A DNA stretch of 63,222 nucleotides, the filler included, from Chrysochromulina tobinii (taxonomy: Eukaryota), in assembly GCA_001275005.1 (NCBI GenBank). It is 6 parts of 6 records of this genome, joined end to end, with 100 filler letters (N's around TTAATTAATTAA, not from the genome) between each part and the next. Parts side by side here need not be neighbours in the genome. Positions count along the whole stretch, not along the records: positions 40,993 to 50,557 come from JWZX01000573.1; positions 50,658 to 57,599 come from JWZX01000574.1; 4 more parts are not named here. One strand, 5' to 3'. This document shows, in pieces, positions 40,993-51,105 of the stretch. Positions within the stretch are counted from its first letter, which is position 1; each line of letters starts with the position of its first letter. The notes below the pieces were generated by a model. It ran no database searches, was not told where the DNA came from, and saw only the letters and a program-made list of their open reading frames with translations. A program made the translations under genes and the position numbers.

Positions 40993-42029
40993 TCACGAGC
41001 AACCTCGTCGAGGTGACCGAGCTCGACCTGTCGGACAGCCGCGCCGCCGGTCGCCTCATCGCCGACGCGGCCGACGCGTCACGCTGGCTGCCCAACCTGG
41101 CAAAGGTGACCGGGCTGGGCGGCTTCGAGGTGGACGTGGCCGCGCTGAGGCGCGTGGAGTCTTCGGGTGAAGACTCGTACCCGATGGAGGGGGTGCGCGC
41201 GTGCATCCGCGGCGAGGGCGAGGCGCCGATGGAGGTGCTGCTCGCCGCGTGCGTGCTGCGCCACGGCGAGGCGTGCGTGCCGGCGAAGGCGTTCTGCGGC
41301 GACACGTCGATGACGTCGATCGAGCTGCCTGCCGGCCTCACGAGCCTCGGTGAGGACGCCTTCTCTGGCTGCTCCTCGTTGACGTCGATCGAGCTGCCCG
41401 CCGGCCTCACGAGCCTCGCTGGGGGCGCCTTCTTTGGCTGCTCCTCGATGACGTCGATCACGCTGCCCGCCGGCCTCACGAGCATCGGTGAGTACGCCTT
41501 CTGGGGCTGCTCCTCGATGACATCGATTGTGCTGCCTGCCGGCCTCACAAGCATCGGTGAGGGGGCCTTCTCGGGCTGCTCCTCGATGACGTCGATCGAG
41601 CTGCCCGCCGGCCTCACAAGCATCGGTGATCACGCCTTCTATGGCTGCTCCTCGTTGACATCGATCGAGCTGCCCGCCGGCCTCACAAGCATCGGTGAGG
41701 AGGCCTTCTATGAGTGCTCCTCGTTGACGTCGATCACGCTGCCCGCTGGACTCACGAGCATTGGTGAGCGCGCCTTCTATGAGTGCTCCTCGATGACGTC
41801 GATCACGCTGCCCGCCGGCCTCACAAGCATTAGTGAGCACGCCTTCTATGAGTGCTCCTTGTTGACGTCGATCGCGCTGCCCGCCAGCCTCACGAGCATC
41901 GGTGAGGGCGCCTTCCGTGGCTGCTCCTCGATGACGTCGATTGAGCTGCCCGCCGGCTTTGATGAAAGCATTCTCAGGTTCGCCCGAGTACCTTCCAGCG
42001 CCATCCTTCGCTTTGGATACTTTCCTTAG
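40993..42029 (+). CDS. 5'-truncated BspA/TpLRR-type leucine-rich repeat protein
   Basis: About 9-10 tandem 23-aa (69-bp) repeats CSSLTSIELPAGLTSIGExAFxG. Confidence 0.9.
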
Positions 42030-42629
42030 ATTCCGCATGTGGTTCTACAATGAGCCATTGGCAAGGATCGCAGCCGCTTTGGGAAGGCGGTACAGGCCCT
42101 TGCAGAAGCGCTCAGCAAAGCATGAGAATGCAGGGGTGCTCAGCACAACATGAAGGAGGAATGGACCAAGCGGGGTGAGATGCCCTCCATCTGCGTATGT
42201 TTCCCAGGGGCCCAGCGGTGTTATCGGAAGAGACCCTGGCTTGGCCAGGAGGGGGCGTTATGTGATGCAAGTTCCTGGGGATAAATGTGGGATGGTCTAG
42301 GATGGCCTTCCCTGTGTTTCTCATGTTTATGTGCGGTAGGTACAAAGAGCGTTTCTGTGGGGAAAGCTGTGGGGACGCACGACTGGGCTTGGGCGATGCG
42401 TTTGCTACCTTCCCCTGACGTGACGCGCGTGTCCGTGGGGGTTTGATACATCGCATGATAGCCCGCCGGCGGTGTGGTCGTTCTTGTAGTCGTATCTCTT
42501 CTTGATCGACATAAGACAGCGCGCTGTGGTGTCGTTCAAAGATTCAGACACACATTCAAACGTTTCACGCGCGCGGGGCGCGAGAGTTCGAGGGCTCGCC
42601 CAACACGGCGCCCCTTCAAGATCAAGATC

Positions 42630-45600
42630 CTACTTAGGAATAGTAAACGAAGCATTGGGCGATTCGTTGGGCGATTCGTTGGGCGATTCGGACGACGAGT
42701 GCACCGCGGCCGCCGCCGCCGCCGCGGCGGTGCGCGCCGTCCAGGGCAGTGCATCGGCATCCACGAGACCGGCCGCGCTGAGCACCGAGCCCATGCCGTC
42801 ACCTGTGGGGGGGAGGGGGAGGGCGCCGTGGTGAGCGCATGCATGCAGCCACGTGAGCACCGAGCGCATGCCGTCACCGCGGCCGCCACCGCCATCGCCT
42901 GCCGCGCGGGGCGCACCGTCCTTGCTGCCCACCACGGCGCCCCGGGAGAAGGAGCTCTTCGCATTCATGCTGCCGCGAAAGGAGCCCTCGCGATCGCCCC
43001 CGGTGGCCGACCACGAGGCGGCAGCGGAGGTCAGGTCGAGGGTCAGGCTGGGGTACGCCCGCGGAGTCGCCGAGGCGGTGGGGGCGCCGTGCTGAGCACT
43101 TGCATGCACGGGGCTGGGGGACGCCCGCGGAGTCGCCGAGGCGGTGGCATGTCGCTCGTCTGTTTCCCCCCCCCAAGCATGCCCACCGTGCACCTTGTGA
43201 TCAGAGGAGAGGCGCTCACCATGGCGCTCGGCCGTGTCCCCCCCCCACGCTTGCCCCCCGTGCACCTTGTGGCCGGCTGTGTGGGCAGCCGAGCGCGCCC
43301 ACGACGGCGCTCCTCCCCGGCCGGACGCGCCCACGACGGCGCCCTCCGCCGCCCACGACGGCGCCGCCTCCTCTCCCTCCTCCTCCTCGTCGTCCTCGCT
43401 CGACGAGAAGCGGGGGTACGACCAGAGCGCCTCGCGCCGGCCCGGCGGCACCGGGGCCATGTAGGAAGAGGAGAGGTGGCGTCGGGTGGAGAGGTGCGAC
43501 AGAGAGTCGTCGCCGCCGTCGGAGAGGTCGGAGGGCGCCCGGGACGGCGCGCCGCTCGGCGCGCCGTAGTCCGCAAAGGTGACGGACTGCGCGTCGTGCT
43601 CGGGTTCGTCACTCTCGGAAAAGTCCTCGGGGGTAATCAGCAGGGTTTCGTCCATCGAGCGCGCGTCGTGCTGGGCGTCCGTCGAGCGCGCCGCGAGCGA
43701 GCGCGCGAGCGAGCGCCACGTGTCCGCGTCGTGTCGGGCGTCGGGCGGCGCGCCCGCGGCGCCTCCCCCCGCGCCGCGCCGTGTTGGGCGCGTCGTGTTG
43801 GGCGCGGTCGCCTCGGTCTCCTCGAGAGGCGACGCGCCGTCGCGGGCGCCCAGTCCGGGCCACCGCTGATCGATCTCATCGGCGTAAGTGAGCCACGCGG
43901 AGCGCTCCGAGAGCAAGTTGCCACTGCCCCACCCGGCGGCCGCGATCGTCGAGCCCGCCCGGCTCTGGCAGCGCCCCTCGCCGCCCAACACGGCGCCGCC
44001 ATCGGGCAGCGGCCCGCTCAAGTGGGCGAGTGTGAGCGCCGTCCCGGGCGCCGTCCCGGGCGCCGTGGCAAAGAAGCGCCCGCCGTGAAAGCTAGGTTCG
44101 TCAGACGCCCTCCTTGTGAACGGCGAGCCGAGCCCTTCCATATTAGGGTCGGGCGTCCTCCTGGTGAACGAGTCGACAGGATGACCCTCCAGAATGTTCG
44201 GCAAGCTGGTCTGCGGGGGCGGCGTGCCGGTAGAGGCGCCGTGCTGGGCGGTCGGGGACGTGTGCGCCAAGGCGCTGGGGGCGCGGGGGGCGCGGGCGAG
44301 GGCGGTGAGGTCGTCGACGCTGTCGTTTCGGCCCGAGATCGGTCGGAAGGCGGCGGTGCCCAAATTAGGAAAGGCGGTCACCAAATTCGGTCGGGTGCGG
44401 AGCGCTGTGGTGAGCGTGGAGGCGGCGCTCCAATCGTGCTGAGAGCCCGCCGAAGAGAGCCTCGGGAGATTGCCTCCGTCATCACGCTGCCTCGGGAGAT
44501 TGCCTCCGTCATCACGCTGCGGTGGCGTCCCATTCCGCTGGGGGGTGACCAGGTAAGCATCCATCGGGATCGGCGAGGTTGGTCGAGATTCCGTGCCGGG
44601 TCGTGACTCGTGCCGTTTCCAGGCATGCTCGCCGGCCTCGCCGAGATCGACCTCGAGATCGGAATCGGCCTCGGAGCCGGGCGAGGAGCGAGGGTGCGTC
44701 GTGAAGACCGAGCGGGTGTCATGGAGCTCGTCATCAGACTCATCAAGATCCATCCAACCCTCGGTATCCTTGAGGCGCCTCCCCGCCGCCGCTAGGGGCA
44801 CAACCCCCCCCCGCACCGCCCCCCAAACCCCCCCCCGCACCGCCGCCATGCCCACGAACGGCGCGACGCACGCCCGACACGACGCGCCGCCGCCGCCACC
44901 ACTTCCGCCGCCGCCGCCCTCGCCACAGCGGCGGGACGAGAGCGGGCCGGTCCGTGACGAGTGCTCACCACGGCGCTGCGGGTCCCACCAGCTAGCGGAG
45001 GCGGAGGAGGCGGGCTCTCGGGCCGCGACGGAGCAAAAGGTGGCGGTGGCGACGCACGCGCCGGCGCCCGCGACGGCGCCGTCCCCCTCGCTGGCCGCCG
45101 CCGCCGCCACTGCCGTCCACGTACCCTGGGCGCCGTGGTGAGCACCTACATGGTCGATCGCATCCGGATCCGCAGTGGTGAAGCTGAAACCACAGCCTTC
45201 CTTCTTTGGGTTGCGCGCCGTTACGGGCACTCGCCCATCCACATCGGGGGAGCGCGCCGAGTTGAGCGCGCCGAGTTGAGCGCCCCCTTCGCTCCCGCGC
45301 CGCTGTAGCGACGGAGCCTCCGCCCGATCCCTCGCGCCCACCACGGCGCCGCCCGCGTCGTGATGAGCGCCCGCCACGGCGCCGCCCGCGTCGTTGCTCA
45401 GGTTGAACTTGCCCAGGGGCGAGGGCTGCTTCGATCCGTTCCCGCTGCCTCCCGCACGCGCGCTCCTGGGCGCCGCGTGCGATCCGCGGTGGGGCAGCGT
45501 GAGCGGATCGACGGTCGGCGAGGCTCGACCGGCGCCCAGTACGGCGCCCAGTACGGCGCCGCCGACGCGGGGGGTCGTGGGGGCGCGCGCCATACTGGGC

Positions 45601-47849
45601 GCCGAGTGGGCGGGCGCCGTGGTGGGCGCCGAGGACAGGGGCCACGTGGCCGAGGTGTCGTATGGCGCGGCGCCGTACTGGGCGGGGGAGGGGCCTCGCG
45701 ACAGGGGCTTCCCCGCGGCCTCGTCGACCCGTTCCGAGGTCGCCCGGTGCCGGTCGGTGCCTTCGCCCAGCACGGCGCCGTCGCCCAGCACGGCGCCGTC
45801 GGAGATGGAGGCGCCCCCGACGGCGCGTTGCGACTTTTCGGCGGCGGCGCGCATGCATTCGGCGGCCATCACAAACGGGGAGGAGGACCTGCCTAACATG
45901 GGTGGGCTCGCGCCCAGCGACGCCAAGCATTGCGGCCGGTAACGCACGGACGCCTCCGTCGAGGGCGTGAGCTCGTGAGCCAGATGCGTCCGAGATTGCG
46001 CGAGCTCGGCCAGCGAGATTGGACCTCCGCCCGCCGCCGCCGCCGGCAGGGCCGCCATGCCATTCACCGCGGGCGAGCCATTCACAGCGGGCGAGCCATT
46101 CACAGCCGAGCGTAGCCGCAGGTCGGGGGTAGGCGGGAGCGGAGTTGGTGGGTAGTCGTCCTCGTACTCGTCGTCGCTGCTGCTGCCGCCGCTGCCGCCG
46201 CCACTGCCGCGGCCGCCGCGGCCGCCGCCGCCACCACGCCAGCTCACACCGCCATGGACAGAGCCGCTCCAAATCTGTCCTCCATGCACTCCATGCACGC
46301 CCAAAGGGTCGACATGGCCCCGGCGACCGCCTTCGCCTAACATGGAAGGGTCTACATGGCGGCGGCGGCCGCCTTCGCCGCCGCCGCTGCCCTCTTGCCC
46401 GCGCCAGCCGAAGGGCGTCATGTTGGGCGTCATCGGGACCGACGGTTGACGAACCGCAATAAAGGGGTACGGCAGGTTGTGGAAGGCGGTCGCGCGCGCC
46501 GAGGGCAGCGGCCCCGACCCTTTCACACCATCCTCGTTCACACCGTCCTCGTCGAAGGCCGTGTCGAGCGCCTCCATGACCAGCCCGCGGGATTCGCCCT
46601 CGGGGATGCCGCTGTACGCGACGGGCGTGAGGAGCCTCTCTGGATCCTGCTCGTTCCGCTCATGCCGCAGAGCCTCGAGGTGTGAAGGCGACGAGAGGTG
46701 TGAAGGCGACGAGAGAGTCCGCAGCCGCGTCTCGAGCCGTTGGGCGACGTTACTGCTACTGAGGGAGCGATCACTCTCGCCGCCTTCACACCTCGCCGCC
46801 TTCACACTGAGGGAGCGATCGCTCTCGCCGCCGCCGCCGCCGCCGTAGCCGCCGCTGCCGCCGCCACCGCCACCGCCGCCACCGCCGTCGCCGCATCGGG
46901 AGCTGTGCGCGCGCGGCGTGCCGCGCAGCGAAGAGTCGCTGTGGGGATCGCTGTGGGGAGGAGCATGGCGGCGGCTGTTGGCGGATTGCAACGGATGGCG
47001 TCCCTCATTGGCCTCGCCGCGTGGCGAGTCCTCTACGGAGGGATGATGGCGGCGGTGAGGGGCACCGGGCGCAGCCAATTGCGCGGGCGTGATCGCCGCA
47101 CGAGGCGTGTGCAGCGCCATGCCGGACGTGTGCAGTGGCATCTGCGGCATGTCACCGCCCGGCGAGGCAGGGATCGGGCCCGATCTCGGCTGAGGGAGCT
47201 GGCCCGCACCTCGCCGCGATCTCGCGCTGCCCATCGCGTCCTTGCCAGATCTCGCACCTCGCCACGATCTCGCGCTGCCCATCGCGTCCTTGTCATATCT
47301 CGCGCCGGGCTGCCGGCCTCGACGAGTGGGCACACGCGCGGACGGCGAGGACGCGCCTTCGGCGTCGGCGGCTCCCTGGGGCACTTTCCAGGGCAAAAAG
47401 GGCTCGACCTCGTCGGCGAAGGTCGACGGCGGGTCGCCGTTGAGCTCCTCGCACAGCCGCAGCAGCGTGCGCGTGAGCTCTTTGAGCGACTTGTGGTCGA
47501 GCGCCTCAAGCTTCGGGGCGATGCACGGGCGCGGCGGCGGCTTGGGCGGCTGCCACTCAAGCTCCGGCTCCTGGGGAGGCTCGACCTCCTTGGACTTGGC
47601 GCGTCGGCTCCGGCTCGACACAGGCCGAGGCCATGCGCCGCGCATGGACGGCGGGCTCTCCGCCGCCGCCGGCGTGTGCAGCGGTGAAGCCGGGCGAAGT
47701 GCGAGAGCCTCCCGGCTCGCAGGCGTGCTCATTGCAGCCCTTCCTGGTCGTTGTGACGGGGAGGGATCCATCACTACGGTCGCCACGGCCATTCGGCTGG
47801 CCGCGCCCCATTCCCACGGCCACGACATAAAGAGAGAGTGGGAAAGCAA
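42630..47849 (-). CDS. Long low-complexity/disordered protein of unknown function; probable in-frame intron 42877-42803
   Basis: 1739-codon ORF with no recognisable domain. A sense-oriented intron-like segment on this strand (GT...core...CCCCACAG) supports transcription. Start uncertain. Confidence 0.5.
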   Translation of the reverse strand: MLSHSLFMSWPWEWGAASRMAVATVVMDPSPSQRPGRAAMSTPASREALALRPASPLHTPAAAESPPSMRGAWPRPVSSRSRRAKSKEVEPPQEPELEWQPPKPPPRPCIAPKLEALDHKSLKELTRTLLRLCEELNGDPPSTFADEVEPFLPWKVPQGAADAEGASSPSARVPTRRGRQPGARYDKDAMGSARSWRGARSGKDAMGSARSRRGAGQLPQPRSGPIPASPGGDMPQMPLHTSGMALHTPRAAITPAQLAAPGAPHRRHHPSVEDSPRGEANEGRHPLQSANSRRHAPPHSDPHSDSSLRGTPRAHSSRCGDGGGGGGGGGGSGGYGGGGGGESDRSLSVKAARCEGGESDRSLSSSNVAQRLETRLRTLSSPSHLSSPSHLEALRHERNEQDPERLLTPVAYSGIPEGESRGLVMEALDTAFDEDGVNEDGVKGSGPLPSARATAFHNLPYPFIAVRQPSVPMTPNMTPFGWRGQEGSGGGEGGRRRHVDPSMLGEGGRRGHVDPLGVHGVHGGQIWSGSVHGGVSWRGGGGGRGGRGSGGGSGGSSSDDEYEDDYPPTPLPPTPDLRLRSAVNGSPAVNGSPAVNGMAALPAAAAGGGPISLAELAQSRTHLAHELTPSTEASVRYRPQCLASLGASPPMLGRSSSPFVMAAECMRAAAEKSQRAVGGASISDGAVLGDGAVLGEGTDRHRATSERVDEAAGKPLSRGPSPAQYGAAPYDTSATWPLSSAPTTAPAHSAPSMARAPTTPRVGGAVLGAVLGAGRASPTVDPLTLPHRGSHAAPRSARAGGSGNGSKQPSPLGKFNLSNDAGGAVAGAHHDAGGAVVGARDRAEAPSLQRRGSEGGAQLGALNSARSPDVDGRVPVTARNPKKEGCGFSFTTADPDAIDHVGAHHGAQGTWTAVAAAAASEGDGAVAGAGACVATATFCSVAAREPASSASASWWDPQRRGEHSSRTGPLSSRRCGEGGGGGSGGGGGASCRACVAPFVGMAAVRGGVWGAVRGGVVPLAAAGRRLKDTEGWMDLDESDDELHDTRSVFTTHPRSSPGSEADSDLEVDLGEAGEHAWKRHESRPGTESRPTSPIPMDAYLVTPQRNGTPPQRDDGGNLPRQRDDGGNLPRLSSAGSQHDWSAASTLTTALRTRPNLVTAFPNLGTAAFRPISGRNDSVDDLTALARAPRAPSALAHTSPTAQHGASTGTPPPQTSLPNILEGHPVDSFTRRTPDPNMEGLGSPFTRRASDEPSFHGGRFFATAPGTAPGTALTLAHLSGPLPDGGAVLGGEGRCQSRAGSTIAAAGWGSGNLLSERSAWLTYADEIDQRWPGLGARDGASPLEETEATAPNTTRPTRRGAGGGAAGAPPDARHDADTWRSLARSLAARSTDAQHDARSMDETLLITPEDFSESDEPEHDAQSVTFADYGAPSGAPSRAPSDLSDGGDDSLSHLSTRRHLSSSYMAPVPPGRREALWSYPRFSSSEDDEEEEGEEAAPSWAAEGAVVGASGRGGAPSWARSAAHTAGHKVHGGQAWGGDTAERHGERLSSDHKVHGGHAWGGETDERHATASATPRASPSPVHASAQHGAPTASATPRAYPSLTLDLTSAAASWSATGGDREGSFRGSMNAKSSFSRGAVVGSKDGAPRAAGDGGGGRGDGMRSVLTWLHACAHHGALPLPPTGDGMGSVLSAAGLVDADALPWTARTAAAAAAAAVHSSSESPNESPNESPNASFTIPK

Positions 47850-48092
47850 ATCTTCGTTTCGCGTACAAGTTTGTTACGCGGACGAATTCGTCGCTGTCCA
47901 GAAGCCCTGTCAAAGCACGCGTTCACCTAGTTGATGCAATACACGCTCATGCATGCACCAAAGAGTGCCACGCAGTTTCATAGGGCCAGTGTTCCAAAAG
48001 GAGGCAAGTTCAAAGTGCCCGAGGGTCTAAACACACAAGCCGCCCGCCGCTCGATCAACCCCGTGACCCCCATCCCCCCGACCTCGCCCGGC

Positions 48093-49836
48093 ATGGGTCA
48101 ATCCGAGTCCATGCTTGCGATGTGCGGCTCGAGCCGCAGCAAACCCATTACTAAGGACGGCGTCCAGGACGTCGACCTCATCGCAGAAGCCCTCAAGTTC
48201 ATGCGCGGGAAGCACTCGTTTCCAGAAGCCTTTGCGAAGAAGAAGATCATCATGATCCTCTTCGGGCCGCCTGGCGCGGGCAAGGGCTCGCATGGCCCCA
48301 AGATCGTCAAGACCCTCGGCATCCCGCAGCTCTCGACGGGCGACATGCTCCGTGCGGCCGTGGCGGCCGGCACCGAGCTGGGCAAGCAGGCCGACGATAT
48401 GATGAGCAGCGGCGGCTTGGTCTCCGACGAGCTGGTGGTGAACCTCATCAAGGAGCGCATCAAGGAGGCCGACTGCGCCAAGGGCTTCATCCTCGACGGC
48501 TTCCCGCGCACGATGGAGCAGACCAAGATGCTCGACGCGATGCTCGCGTCGAGCGGCGAGAAGGTTGACTACGTGGTGGCGCTCGAGGTGCCCGACGCGG
48601 TGCTCACGGAGCGCATCTGCGGCCGGTGGGTGCACAAGGAGTCGGGGCGCTCGTACCACATCAAGTTCGCGCCGCCCAAGAGCCTCGGCGAGCAGGCGCC
48701 GTCGGTAACGACGATGCTGGACGATGAGACGGGCCAGCCCCTGATGCAGCGCAAGGACGACACCGAGGAGGCGCTCAAGTCGCGCCTCGAAGCCTACCAC
48801 TCCCAGACGGTGCCCATCCTCGCGCACTACGGGCCTGCGGGCATCGTCAAGAAGGTGGATGCCACCGACATGGAAATGACCTCTGAATGGCTCTGAGAAG
48901 GCTCTCAGTTAGCACTGATCGGCCCTGAAGACCTCTTGATTGCATGCCTAGTTGTCAGGTGGATGCGCCCACCGGCCATCCCCGGCCCGGAGGTGCTCAC
49001 CACGACGCCCCATCACTTCCCCACAGGTGGATGCCAACCGGCCGCACCTGGAGGTGTGGAGCTCGATCGAGATCGTCCTCAATCTCGCAGGCAATCTCGC
49101 AGGCGAGAACAAGACGGAGGTCAAGACGGAGGTCCAGAGCGCCTCGGATGCGGTCGTGGCTGCGGCAGCGGCGACCGCCCCCGCCTTAGCCGCCGCCCGC
49201 GACGGCGCCGAAGTGGCGCCCGAGACGGCGTCCGCGGCGGCACCAGAGCCCCTCGACCCTCAAGCAGAGACAGTGGCCTTGCCCGCCCCGAACTCGCAGG
49301 CCGTTACGCCGGCCGTCGTCAAGCCGGCGCCTGGCGGTTGGTTCGGTGGCATCTTTGGTAGCGGCGCAGCCTCCGCCGCCACAGCCACCGCCGCAGCCGC
49401 CGCAACCGGCGCCGCCGCCGCAGAATCCCCCGCTGCACCGCCGACACTCTCAGCAGCGCCAGAGCCCATGCCGGAGCCCCATGACGTGGAGAAGAAGCAG
49501 CGCGCTCACGCCGCAGCGCGTGTGCAGTCCTTCGCGCGCGGCAGGGCTACCCGCTCAAGCCCGATGGCGCTCAACAGGGCGCTCAGGGACAAGCAGCAGG
49601 CGGCCGACGATAAGCAGCAGGCGACCGACGACAAGCCGTCCCAAATTAGGCAATCTGACCCCCCGGAGCCCTCCCCCAATCTCGCGCCCCCCTCACCGCT
49701 GCCCACAGCCCCCCCACCCCCACCCTGTGGTGACGTGTCGTACGACACCGACGAGTTTGCAGAGACCGAAGCGGGAGCGGTGCCCACGACTCCGATTCCG
49801 ACGGCTGCGAAGACCGGCCTGGACGAGCCCGACTGA
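48093..49836 (+). CDS. ADK: Adenylate kinase with a possible N-acylation site and a C-terminal IQ-like motif; exons 48093-48854 and 49027-49836
   Basis: [34 protein letters not shown] and RKDD. Intron 48855-49026 joins [19 protein letters not shown] in frame. Confidence 0.9.
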
Positions 49837-50657
49837 AACTGCGCCGACTGAAACTGTGCCGACTGAAACTGGTGCCGACTGAAACTGGTGCCGATCACAT
49901 GTCGAGATGGCGTTGGGGGACTGAAATGACGTGCAAGTAGATGTACGGTAGGTGGAGCGTGGAGCTCCCAGGGGAGAGCTCCAGCTTGTGCCATGAGGGG
50001 TGGGGGGGCGATGAGGGGTGGGGGGGGATGAGCGTCGAGATGAGCGTGGAGGTCGCCTCGCCGGCAAGTAGACCTCCCTCGAGAGGCGCCGTCGTGGGCG
50101 TACGCCGGAGCCGGCAGGTCCCGCAACTCTAGTGTTCGTAACGTAATTCCCATTATGGCGAGCGCATTATCGAAAGTTTAAGTTCGAAAGACGAAACCAT
50201 GCGCGACGGGGCACGGGCGCGCTTCCGTTCCTGGAGCCCGGCCGTTTGGGATTCATATTGGGCAGGAGGGGCGGGGGAATGGCCATAAAGGGCTGTATCA
50301 CGGTATCATATAATCACAAGAACTGTGTCACTATGGTTGTCAAACTTTGCCAAAATAACCATACCCACCCTTACCCAATCCCAAACCCGCTGATTGCGAG
50401 TATCAGACTGCCTGTTGGCATGAACGAAACCACTGACGAAACGCGTCAGAGAGGCGTTAGAAAAGTTTGTTTTGTCTCACCGGACCGTACCTAACGAGGC
50501 GGGCGACCATCGGGCGGCTAGCGAACCCCCCCTTGGCAGAGGGCGGTTCGTTTGCAANNNNNNNNNNNNNNNNNNNNNNNNNNNNNNNNNNNNNNNNNNN
50601 NTTAATTAATTAANNNNNNNNNNNNNNNNNNNNNNNNNNNNNNNNNNNNNNNNNNNN

Positions 50658-51072
50658 TCCTCCTCCTCCTCCTCCTCCTCCTCCTCCGAGTCATTCTCCT
50701 CCGGCCCCACCTCTGGCAGCTCGACCACGGGCGGCGGCGGCGGCGGCGGCGGCGGCCGCGGCTTCTCTGACGAACCCGACGAAGCCGACGAAGCCGAGCG
50801 ATCGTGGCTCGCGAGCACGTGGCTGCTCGGTGCGAAGTCGCGCCGCATCTTGAGGCGCATCCGCCCATGGCCCACGCTCGGGACGGCGCCTGTGGGGAAC
50901 TGCGGCCCTTCCCAGGGGTCGAGCCTCCATGCGGTGGCGATGCCCTTGGCCCAAGCAGGCACCATGGCTGCCCTCGCCTTCTTCGCCTTCTTCGCCTCCT
51001 TCGCCGGCCTAGCCGCATCGCTGCTCCTACCCGCAGCTTCAGCAACAGCCACATCGTCGTCGACATCGTCGT

Positions 51073-51105
<33 letters not shown>

